Positions 56,909 to 64,000 of a stretch of DNA of 64,000 nt are shown here, piece by piece. A model generated the notes under the pieces. The model saw only the letters and a list, made by a program, of their open reading frames with translations. It did not search any database and was not told where the DNA came from. The stretch spans positions 1,910,503 to 1,974,502 of the forward strand of contig NZ_CP050152.1 of the NCBI RefSeq assembly GCF_011617245.1, given 5' to 3'. The position numbers were made by a program, and so were the translations under genes. How positions within the stretch are numbered: position 1 is the stretch's first letter; each line of letters begins with the position of its first letter. The DNA is from Brevibacterium atlanticum. GTDB lineage: Bacteria > Actinomycetota > Actinomycetes > Actinomycetales > Brevibacteriaceae.

Positions 56909-58185
56909 GCGACCACCTTCGCCGAGGCGGCACCGCACCAAGCGCGCGCGTGACCCGGATGTGGATGGTGTGGTTCACTCTCGCCTGGCTGGCCATCTGG
57001 ACAGTGCAGCTCACCCCGGTTCAGCTGCTGCTGCCGCTGCAGCTCGACACCCAGAGCGGGCACTGGATCGACGGAGTCGTGTGGTCGGGGCTGGTGCTCT
57101 CGGTCGGCGGGCTGGCCGGGATCATCGTCGCCCCACTGGCCGGCCGGTTCTCGGACCGGACACGTTCACGGTTCGGCAGGCGCCGACCCTGGGCGATCGG
57201 CGGCTCGATCCTCGCCGCGATCGGCCTCTTGATCACGGGTGCTGCCGACGGTCCCGCACTCGTCGGGGCTGCTTGGGTAGTCACCTCGGTGGGAGTGTCC
57301 GTGGCGTCGGCGGCACTGACCGCCCTCATCGCCGATCAGCTCGATGACCAACGTGGAGCGGCATCGGCCGCCGCGAGTTCGGCGCAGGCGGTCGGCATCG
57401 TCGTCGGTGTCGGAGCGATCGTTCTGCTCGGGCTGAGCACCGCCGCATCATATGTGGTGCTGGCCGGCTTCATCCTCGTCGTCGGCTCGGCCACAGCCGT
57501 GCTGCTGCCGGATCCGCGTCCGCCGCATCAGGCGGTCATCGCTCTGCGGGAACGCCGTGAGCTCACCCGCGCCCGCATCTCCTCCCTCGTCGATCCCAGC
57601 TTCACACGGCTGCTGGTCAGCAGGTTCATCGTCAACGTCGGCAATGCCTTCGGCACATCTCTGCTGCTGTTCTTCCTGCTCTACGGGATCATCGTCCCTG
57701 CCGCCGAGGCGGAGGACAGACTGCTCATCCTCATCGTCATCTACACGATCTTCGTCGTCCTCGCCTCGATCGTCGTCGGCATGATCACCGACCGATCGGG
57801 CGACAGACGAACGTGGACGATGGTCGCGGCACTCGTGCAGGCCGCCTCGGGGGTGATCATCCTCATCAGCCCGGACTTCACCGCCACCGCGGTCGCGGCC
57901 GGCGTGATGGGTGCCGGGTACGGGGCCTATATGGCAGTCAGTCTGGCTCTGGCCACGGATCTGCTGCTCGACCCGGACGACCACGCCCGCGATCTCAGCC
58001 TCGTCAACAGTGCTGCCAACCTCGGACAGCTGATCGGACCGCTTGTGGGTGCCGGTCTCGTCGCCTTGGTCGGAGGGTTCTGGCTGCTGTTCCTGGCAGC
58101 GACCGTAGTCTCGATCCTCGGCGCCGGTCTGACACTGTCGGTACATCCGCGGCGAGCGCGCATCGCAGCCCCTGCTGGGGAGTGA
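56905..58185 (+). CDS. MFS transporter (GPH/MelB-like sugar transporter), operonic with the beta-glucosidase
   Basis: 12 TM helices. ATG 56905 overlaps the GH1 stop (ATGA). The ORF track starts at 56764. Confidence 0.65.
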   Translation: MSDHLRRGGTAPSARVTRMWMVWFTLAWLAIWTVQLTPVQLLLPLQLDTQSGHWIDGVVWSGLVLSVGGLAGIIVAPLAGRFSDRTRSRFGRRRPWAIGGSILAAIGLLITGAADGPALVGAAWVVTSVGVSVASAALTALIADQLDDQRGAASAAASSAQAVGIVVGVGAIVLLGLSTAASYVVLAGFILVVGSATAVLLPDPRPPHQAVIALRERRELTRARISSLVDPSFTRLLVSRFIVNVGNAFGTSLLLFFLLYGIIVPAAEAEDRLLILIVIYTIFVVLASIVVGMITDRSGDRRTWTMVAALVQAASGVIILISPDFTATAVAAGVMGAGYGAYMAVSLALATDLLLDPDDHARDLSLVNSAANLGQLIGPLVGAGLVALVGGFWLLFLAATVVSILGAGLTLSVHPRRARIAAPAGE

Positions 58186-58207
58186 GCGACTGGCGATTTC
58201 CGTCGGC

Positions 58208-58759
58208 TCAGGAGAGGCCGATGAGCTTCCCGCTCTTCGACAGCTCCGGGTCAGTGCACGAGGACAGGTCGAAGCAGCATGGACGGCGCTTGCCGTTCTC
58301 CAATTTCGAGATCGCGACCTCCACGCGACGGGCACGCGTGTCCGCGTTTCTCGTCGCCTTGATCCACCGCACCCATTCCCAGCGGGCCATGGGCGTGAGG
58401 CTCTGCCACACCTCGTCGAGATCGCCGGCCGCTTCGAGCGCGGACGCGAAGTCGTCGGGGACCGTGACCTCCGGCCATTCCTTGGACGGGGTGACGGTGA
58501 CGTCGACAGCTGTGTCTTCGGCCTCGCCGAGGTGGGTCCACAGGTCATCGTCGAGACTGATCCAATGGCCCTTCCGGCCATCGGGTTCGAGGACCGTGGA
58601 GAAGTCGGTACCCGCGACCTGGCCGGTGACGGCGACCTGTCCCCGAGAAGGCAGCTCATCGCTGGCGTCCTGCGGCAGGCGCAGGATCGGACGGTCATTC
58701 AGCACCTCGGCGGTCGCCGAGAAACTGATCGTCTTTGCTGGAGCAGCAGTGCGAGACAT
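58208..58759 (-). CDS. DUF1905 + YdeI/OmpD-associated (bacteriocin-protection) family protein
   Basis: C-terminal WQSLTPMARWEWVRWIKATRNADTRARRVEVAISKLENGKRRPCCF matches the YdeI/OmpD-associated domain. Start at the internal ATG (MSRTAAPAK...). Confidence 0.55.
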   Translation of the reverse strand: MSRTAAPAKTISFSATAEVLNDRPILRLPQDASDELPSRGQVAVTGQVAGTDFSTVLEPDGRKGHWISLDDDLWTHLGEAEDTAVDVTVTPSKEWPEVTVPDDFASALEAAGDLDEVWQSLTPMARWEWVRWIKATRNADTRARRVEVAISKLENGKRRPCCFDLSSCTDPELSKSGKLIGLS

Positions 58760-58900
58760 CGGTGATCCTTCTGATGAGTGCCGACCCACGATCGCCCGCG
58801 GGTCAGCCGGTCGGAGCGTCGTATTCAGAATAGCGGTTCGAGCTCCGATCGACTTCTCGATTCCTGACCGGTAGGGAGGGGCCACCGGAGCGCTCGGTCA

Positions 58901-60454
58901 TCATCCGATGGAGCGGCCCACCCAGTCGGGACGGGACAGGACGATCGCCGCGATCCGCTCGGCGATGGCGGTGGGGAACGGAACCACTCGGTCAGCGTCC
59001 TGGTCGACGTGGAGAGCCATGATCTCCTCCGTGGCGACGAGCCGATCATCGACCGACATCTCATACGCCAGGTGCAGCTTCTTCTCACCAGCGGTGACTA
59101 GGTGTGCGGTGACGGTGAGTCGCGAGCCGAGGGCCACCTCGTCGAGGTAGCGGATATGCGACTCGACGGTATAAAGGGAAGCATGGGTCGCTGTCCGGTA
59201 CGCCGCGTCGAGGCCGAGCTGATCCATCACCTGATCGGTGGCGAACCCGAAGACGAGGACGTAGAAGGTCTCGGACATGTGCCCGTTGTAGTCGATCCAC
59301 TCGGGCACCACCTCGGTGGTGTAGTCATCGAGCCACGCGGATGCGACCGGTGCCGTCGCCGCCGGCGGGGTGCCTGCCGGATCCGCCGCCCCTGCAGGTT
59401 CCACCGCCTCGGCAGATATCGCATCCCGAGCTTCGGTTCGTTGCGTGGTCGGGTCTTCGGCGAGCTCGGCGGTGAGCCGGCGCAGGGCGATGATCCCGGC
59501 GTCGCGATGGGCGACGAGCTCGGGAATCGTTCGCTCTCCGGCTTCGACATCGCATCCTGCCACGACGTCGTCGCGCAGCGCCTGACTGAGCTCTGGTGCC
59601 GTCAGCCTGGTCCACGGCGACTTCAGCGAGGGACCGAAATGGTCGAGCATATGTGCCATTCCGCCTTCGCCCCCGGCGAGGTGGAACGTGAGCATCGGTC
59701 CCTGGAAGGGCCAGCGCAGACCAGGGCCGTCGGTGATCGAGCGGTCGATCTGTTCGACGGTGGCCTCACCGTGCTCCACCATGTGCAGCGCTTCGCGCCA
59801 TTGTGCCTCTTGGAGGCGGTTGGCGATGAACCCGGGGACCTCCCGGTCCATGCGGATGACGGACTTGCCGATGTGCGAATAGAATCCGGCGGCCCAGTCG
59901 ACGGCTGTGGCAGAACTCTGCTCGCCTCCGACGACCTCGACGAGGGGAATGAGGTAGGGCGGGTTGAACGGGTGGCCGACGACGAGACGCTCCGAGTGGA
60001 CCGCCTCGGTGGCCATCTCGGTCATGCTGTAGCCCGAGGTGGACGAACCGATGACGACGCTCGGGTCGCAGACGGCGTCGATCTGGGCCAGGAGTCCGCG
60101 CTTGAGTGCCAGGTCCTCCGGTGCGGACTCCTGGACGAAGCCGGTGCCCGCGACCGCCTCGGCGAGGTCGGTGTGGATCGACCAGGCGGTGGGATCGGCG
60201 CCGGCGACCATGTCGAGTTCGGCCAGCGCCGGCCAGGCCGCGTCGAGGAGGCGGGAGAACTTCTCTGCGGCGTCGGGGGCCGGATCCCAGATCTTCACCC
60301 GGTACCCCTGGGCGAGGAAGTACGCTGCCCATCCGCCGCCGATCGTGCCGGCGCCGATGCAGGTGACGGTGGTGATCGCGGCGAAGTCCGGAAAGACTGC
60401 GGATTCTGGAGGGACTGCGGCGTCGATGGTATCGGGTGCGGTGGATTCGGTCAT
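58901..60454 (-). CDS. lcdH: L-carnitine dehydrogenase (3-hydroxyacyl-CoA dehydrogenase family) fused to a C-terminal hotdog-fold thioesterase
   Basis: N-terminal Rossmann motif CIGAGTIGGGWAAYF and the HPFNPPYLIPLVEVV signature of 3HCDH/L-carnitine DH. The C-terminal ~150 aa have a hotdog-like character (DYNGHMSETFYVLVFGFATD). Confidence 0.7.
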   Translation of the reverse strand: MTESTAPDTIDAAVPPESAVFPDFAAITTVTCIGAGTIGGGWAAYFLAQGYRVKIWDPAPDAAEKFSRLLDAAWPALAELDMVAGADPTAWSIHTDLAEAVAGTGFVQESAPEDLALKRGLLAQIDAVCDPSVVIGSSTSGYSMTEMATEAVHSERLVVGHPFNPPYLIPLVEVVGGEQSSATAVDWAAGFYSHIGKSVIRMDREVPGFIANRLQEAQWREALHMVEHGEATVEQIDRSITDGPGLRWPFQGPMLTFHLAGGEGGMAHMLDHFGPSLKSPWTRLTAPELSQALRDDVVAGCDVEAGERTIPELVAHRDAGIIALRRLTAELAEDPTTQRTEARDAISAEAVEPAGAADPAGTPPAATAPVASAWLDDYTTEVVPEWIDYNGHMSETFYVLVFGFATDQVMDQLGLDAAYRTATHASLYTVESHIRYLDEVALGSRLTVTAHLVTAGEKKLHLAYEMSVDDRLVATEEIMALHVDQDADRVVPFPTAIAERIAAIVLSRPDWVGRSIG

Positions 60455-61362
60455 AGATCGGCTCCCGTGATGGTCGGGGTCTGCACGCGCAGATCGAGGA
60501 TCTCGCGCGCCTGATCAGGTGTGGCGACGGACGCGCCGAGGCTGTTGATGATCGCCACGGCCCGGGCCGTGAGGTCGGCGTTCGTGGCCTTGACTCCCTT
60601 GGACAGGTAGAGGTTGTCCTCGAGCCCGACGCGGGCGTGCCCGCCGGCGAGCACCGACCGAGCGACCCACGGCAGCTGATTGGCGCCGATGGCGAAGGAG
60701 GTGAACTCGGTGCCCTTCGGCAGCATATTCACCATCGCCGCGAGCAGGCCGGGGTCGGCGGGTGCGCCGTAGGGAATGCCCATACACAGTTGGTACAGCG
60801 GTGGAGCGTCGATGAGCCCTTCCTCGACGAGGACGTTCGCGAACCACAGGTTGCCGGTGTCGAAGATCTCGAGCTCCGGCCGCACCCCGAGGGTCTGGAT
60901 CCGCTTCGATCCTTCGCGGAGCATGTCGGGGGTGGAGACGTAGATATTCGATCCCTCGCCGAAGTTGAGGGTGCCGCAGTCGATCGTGCAGATCTCGGGG
61001 AGCAGTTCTTCGACGTGGGGGAGGCGGTCGAGGGCGTTGATGAGGTCGGTGCCCGGCATCGTCGTCAGCGGATCCTGCGGGTCGACGACGAGGTCGCCGC
61101 CCATCCCGGCAGTGAGGTTGATGACCGGGTCGACGTCGGAGGCACGGATCCGGCGGACGACCTCCCGGTAGTAGGCGATCTCCCGTGAGCCCTGTTTGGT
61201 CTCGAGGTCGCGGACGTGGATGTGGACGACCGAGGCGCCGGCGCGGGCCGCGGCGATTGCGTCGTTCGCGATCTGTTCCGGGGTGACCGGAACGTGTTCG
61301 CTCTTGCCCGTGGTGTCGCCGGCTCCCGTGACGGCGCAGGTGAGAATGACTGTGCGGTTCAT
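60451..61362 (-). CDS. BKACE-family (DUF849) beta-keto acid cleavage enzyme; 3-dehydrocarnitine cleavage enzyme-like
   Basis: MNRTVILTCAVTGAG...HIHVRD...GLEDNLY motifs of the 3-keto-5-aminohexanoate cleavage enzyme family. Overlaps the lcdH start. Confidence 0.75.
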   Translation of the reverse strand: MNRTVILTCAVTGAGDTTGKSEHVPVTPEQIANDAIAAARAGASVVHIHVRDLETKQGSREIAYYREVVRRIRASDVDPVINLTAGMGGDLVVDPQDPLTTMPGTDLINALDRLPHVEELLPEICTIDCGTLNFGEGSNIYVSTPDMLREGSKRIQTLGVRPELEIFDTGNLWFANVLVEEGLIDAPPLYQLCMGIPYGAPADPGLLAAMVNMLPKGTEFTSFAIGANQLPWVARSVLAGGHARVGLEDNLYLSKGVKATNADLTARAVAIINSLGASVATPDQAREILDLRVQTPTITGADL

Positions 61363-62273
61363 GATGGCTCCTCTGTTCGTGGTTCTGGTTGTGCCGTTGC
61401 TGTCTGCTGCTTTGCTGTCTGTGACTCTGGTCGGGACGTGCGGATGATGGCGCGGTCGAGGTAGGACTGCAGACGAGTGGTGAAGGTCGCGGTGTCCATG
61501 ACACCGGTGAGAACCTTGATGCCGAGCCCGTCGAGCAGAGAGGTCAGCTCATCGGCCATCGCACGAGCGTCGCCGGATCGGAAGCAGCCGAGCCTCTGGC
61601 CCTCCTCGAGGGTGGTCTGCACGGTCTGCGACCAACGCTCATAGCTGCGGGGATAGTCGGACAGGGAAGTGTCCGTCAGTGACAGGCGAGCCCAGGTCTG
61701 GAGCCAGATCGACCATTCGCCGCGCGACTCCCGCCCGAGCGGTGACTGCAGCTCGAGCAGTCGTGCCAGCCGCTGCGCGGGATCGTCGATGCCGTCGAGC
61801 CAGGCGATCTGCCGGTCGAAGGCGAGTTTGACCGAATGGTCGAGGGCCGCCTCGAAGAGATCGGACTTCGTGGCGAAGTGGTAGTGGATGCTCGGCGCCG
61901 AGACTCCCGAGGCCTCGGCGATGTCGGAGATGCGCACGGCATCGAAACCGTGCCGGCCGAACAGCGTCCAGGCCGCCTGAGCGATGTCGCGTTTCGGTGC
62001 GGCCTCCTCGTCGGAGTCGAGGACGGCGCGGCTCGGCGGTGGGGCCGACACCCGTGACTCGTCACCGAGCAGCCACCGCACGGTCACGCCGGTCGCGGTG
62101 GCCAGGCCCAGCAGCTCGTCGGCGGTGAACCGGCGTCTCCCCGACAGCGCCTTCGACAGCTTCGTCTCATCGATGCCGATCGCCTCGGCGACGCGGCGCT
62201 GGGAGAGCCCGGCACCGGTGATGGCTTCCTTGGCCCGGCTCGGTGTCGACCCGGGAGGGTGGTCGGCGCTCAT
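61359..62273 (-). CDS. Transcriptional regulator with fused N-terminal XRE-type HTH and TetR-family DNA-binding/ligand domains
   Basis: XRE HTH (GLSQRRVAEAIGIDETKLSKALSGRRRFTADELLGLA) followed by TetR_N (AAWTLFGRHGFDAVRISDIAEASGVSAPSIHYHFATK). Confidence 0.6.
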   Translation of the reverse strand: MSADHPPGSTPSRAKEAITGAGLSQRRVAEAIGIDETKLSKALSGRRRFTADELLGLATATGVTVRWLLGDESRVSAPPPSRAVLDSDEEAAPKRDIAQAAWTLFGRHGFDAVRISDIAEASGVSAPSIHYHFATKSDLFEAALDHSVKLAFDRQIAWLDGIDDPAQRLARLLELQSPLGRESRGEWSIWLQTWARLSLTDTSLSDYPRSYERWSQTVQTTLEEGQRLGCFRSGDARAMADELTSLLDGLGIKVLTGVMDTATFTTRLQSYLDRAIIRTSRPESQTAKQQTATAQPEPRTEEPS

Positions 62274-62319
62274 ACGGCGAATGTACCCGAGCACACCGAC
62301 AGATCGCAAGGAGATATGA

Positions 62320-62361
62320 CTGATAATCAGAACTTGCGATTGGTTGAGGCATGCCTCGCAA
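62320..62361. promoter_or_regulatory. Cluster of palindromes in the divergent regulator/decarboxylase intergenic region (candidate TetR/XRE operators)
   Basis: CTGATAATCAG (62320-62330), TTGCGA..TCGCAA arms (62334-62361) and a 12-bp perfect palindrome GAGGCATGCCTC (62346-62357). Confidence 0.4.
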
Positions 62362-62434
62362 ACGTCTCGGTTGCCGATAGTCTCGTACTCGGAGGGCGAT
62401 CCCCATCGCCATCATCAGCCTTCGAGGAGTTCCC

Positions 62435-63808
62435 ATGACCGACAGTCTTCATTCCCGCATGCACGTCGTCTCCGATGAGACCCGCAACCTGGTCAATCTG
62501 GTCCTCGAATACTCCCGACGTCGCACCCTGGCCGAGGACACTCCGCTCGATCACCCGACCTCGGAGGCGGAGCTGCGCAGACTGGCCGGTCCCACCGTGA
62601 CCGAGGAGGGGCTCGGATCGGCCCGAGCATTGGCGATCTTCGAGCATATCTTCGCCCCCGCGTGCATCTCGACCGACCACCCGAAGTATCTGTCGTTCAT
62701 CCCCAGCGCGCCGACGAAGGCCGCCGTCGCCTTCGACCTCGTCGTCTCCGCCAGTGCACTCTACGGCGGGTCGTGGCTCGAGGGCGCCGGCGTCGTCCAT
62801 GCGGAGAACGAGGTGCTGCGCTGGCTGGCCGGTGAGTTCGACCTGCCCGAGACCGCTGGGGGTGTCTTCGTCCAAGGCGGAACGATCGGCAACCTCTCCG
62901 CGCTCGTGGCCGCACGCAACGCGCAGAAGGAGAAGCTCGGTGCCTCCCGTCCGGGACGATGGGTGATCGTCTGCAGTGCCGAGGCCCACTCATCGATCAC
63001 CTCGGCGGCGGAGGTGATGGATGTCGACATCGCTCCCGTGCCCACCGGGGAGGACGGAATCCTGCGCCCGGACGGGGTGCGTGATGCGCTGAACGAGCAC
63101 GGCGATGCCGTGATCGCGGTGGTGGCCACCTCGGGGACGACGAACTTCGGCACGATCGATGACATCGCCGGAATCGCGGCACTCAAGGACGAGTTCGACT
63201 TCTGGCTGCACATCGACGGCGCCTATGGTCTCGCTGCGATGCTGGCCCCACAGGCCCGGCACAAGTTCACCGGCGTCGAAGCGGCCGATTCGCTCATCGT
63301 CGATCCCCACAAATGGCTCTTCGCCCCCTTCGATGCGTGCGCCCTGATCTACCGTGACCCGAATGCGGGGCGGCGAGCGCATACGCAGAAGGCCGAATAC
63401 CTCGACACGCTCACCGAGGCCCAGGAGTGGAGTCCCTCGGACTTCGCCATCCAACTGACGAGGCGTCCGCGCGGGCTGCCGCTGTGGTACTCGCTGGCGA
63501 GCTATGGTGCCGAGACCTACCGTGAGGCGATCGGACACTCGATCGACCTGGCCATGCAGATCGCCACGGAGATCCGGAAGCGCGAACACCTGCGCCTGGT
63601 GCGCGAACCCGAACTCTCCGTCGTCGTCTTCGAACGCGACGGATGGACGCGGGCGGACTATGAGGCCTGGTCGGACCGACTGCTCAACGACCAGCGGGCG
63701 TTCGTCGTGCCGAGCTCACATGCGGGGCGCCCGAACGCGCGGTTCGCGATCGTCAACCCACTGACGACGTTCGATGACCTCGTCGACATCCTCGACACCA
63801 TGGAGTGA
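62435..63808 (+). CDS. PLP-dependent group II amino-acid decarboxylase
   Basis: DPHKWLFAPFDACALIYRD (PLP-lysine motif) and fold-type I large domain. GAGGAG RBS. Confidence 0.75.
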   Translation: MTDSLHSRMHVVSDETRNLVNLVLEYSRRRTLAEDTPLDHPTSEAELRRLAGPTVTEEGLGSARALAIFEHIFAPACISTDHPKYLSFIPSAPTKAAVAFDLVVSASALYGGSWLEGAGVVHAENEVLRWLAGEFDLPETAGGVFVQGGTIGNLSALVAARNAQKEKLGASRPGRWVIVCSAEAHSSITSAAEVMDVDIAPVPTGEDGILRPDGVRDALNEHGDAVIAVVATSGTTNFGTIDDIAGIAALKDEFDFWLHIDGAYGLAAMLAPQARHKFTGVEAADSLIVDPHKWLFAPFDACALIYRDPNAGRRAHTQKAEYLDTLTEAQEWSPSDFAIQLTRRPRGLPLWYSLASYGAETYREAIGHSIDLAMQIATEIRKREHLRLVREPELSVVVFERDGWTRADYEAWSDRLLNDQRAFVVPSSHAGRPNARFAIVNPLTTFDDLVDILDTME

Positions 63809-63817
63809 CGGTCTCGC

Positions 63818-64000
63818 TCAGTCACTCTGGGTCGGGGTTTCGGCCGGCTGCGGGCGCAGGGCGACGGTGAAGAACGGCAGGAGGGCCTGAGTGACCGGCC
63901 CGATGCTCAGCGCGTAGAGCGCCGTGCCGATGCCGATGACCCCGCCGAGTGCCCAACCGAGGGCGACGACGCTGACCTCTATGACGGTGCGTACGAGTCG
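63818..64000 (-). CDS. 3' end of a membrane-protein gene (partial; continues beyond the window)
   Basis: Reverse-strand translation ...RLVRTVIEVSVVALGWALGGVIGIGTALYALSIGPVTQALLPFFTVALRPQPAETPTQSD*. Confidence 0.3.
   Translation of the reverse strand, partial: RLVRTVIEVSVVALGWALGGVIGIGTALYALSIGPVTQALLPFFTVALRPQPAETPTQSD

Overview
This 64 kb window is high-GC (about 68-70%) actinobacterial core chromosome. Gene order matches the Mycobacterium tuberculosis Rv2419c-Rv2470 neighbourhood: glbO, pepN, an Rv2466c-like DsbA-fold protein, rpiB, tig, clpP1-clpP2, clpX, valS, folC, a DUF4233 protein, ndk, rne, rplU-rpmA-obgE-proB-proA, and nadD-rsfS-gpgP. Also present are ileS behind a T-box leader, a complete mrpA(B)CDEFG Na+/H+ antiporter operon, three tRNAs (Pro-GGG, Gly-TCC, Ala-CGC), a beta-glucosidase plus MFS/GPH transporter pair, and a carnitine-type catabolic cluster (BKACE + L-carnitine dehydrogenase::thioesterase fusion + XRE/TetR regulator). 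I found no CRISPR array, transposase or integrase. The most unusual structures, each detailed under findings, are: (1) a 100-bp near-perfect direct repeat that duplicates the 3' end of tRNA-Pro and brackets a 735-bp lower-GC insert carrying one small membrane-protein gene; (2) an Rv2466c (mycoredoxin-2)-like protein whose CPWC active site reads CPWA; (3) a divergent module of a lone sigma-70-region-4-like HTH protein, a translationally coupled unknown protein and a minimal two-domain PEP-utilising phosphotransferase, sharing an AT-rich repeat/palindrome operator; (4) a tail-anchored 527-aa Pro/Ala/Asp-rich disordered protein inserted between nadD and rsfS; (5) a ClgR-type operator upstream of clpP1, a translational T-box upstream of ileS and a leaderless chorismate mutase. 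Several very long perfect hairpins (22-27 bp stems) act as bidirectional terminators. Coordinates of starts are from manual reading of RBS and alternative start codons, and some are uncertain.
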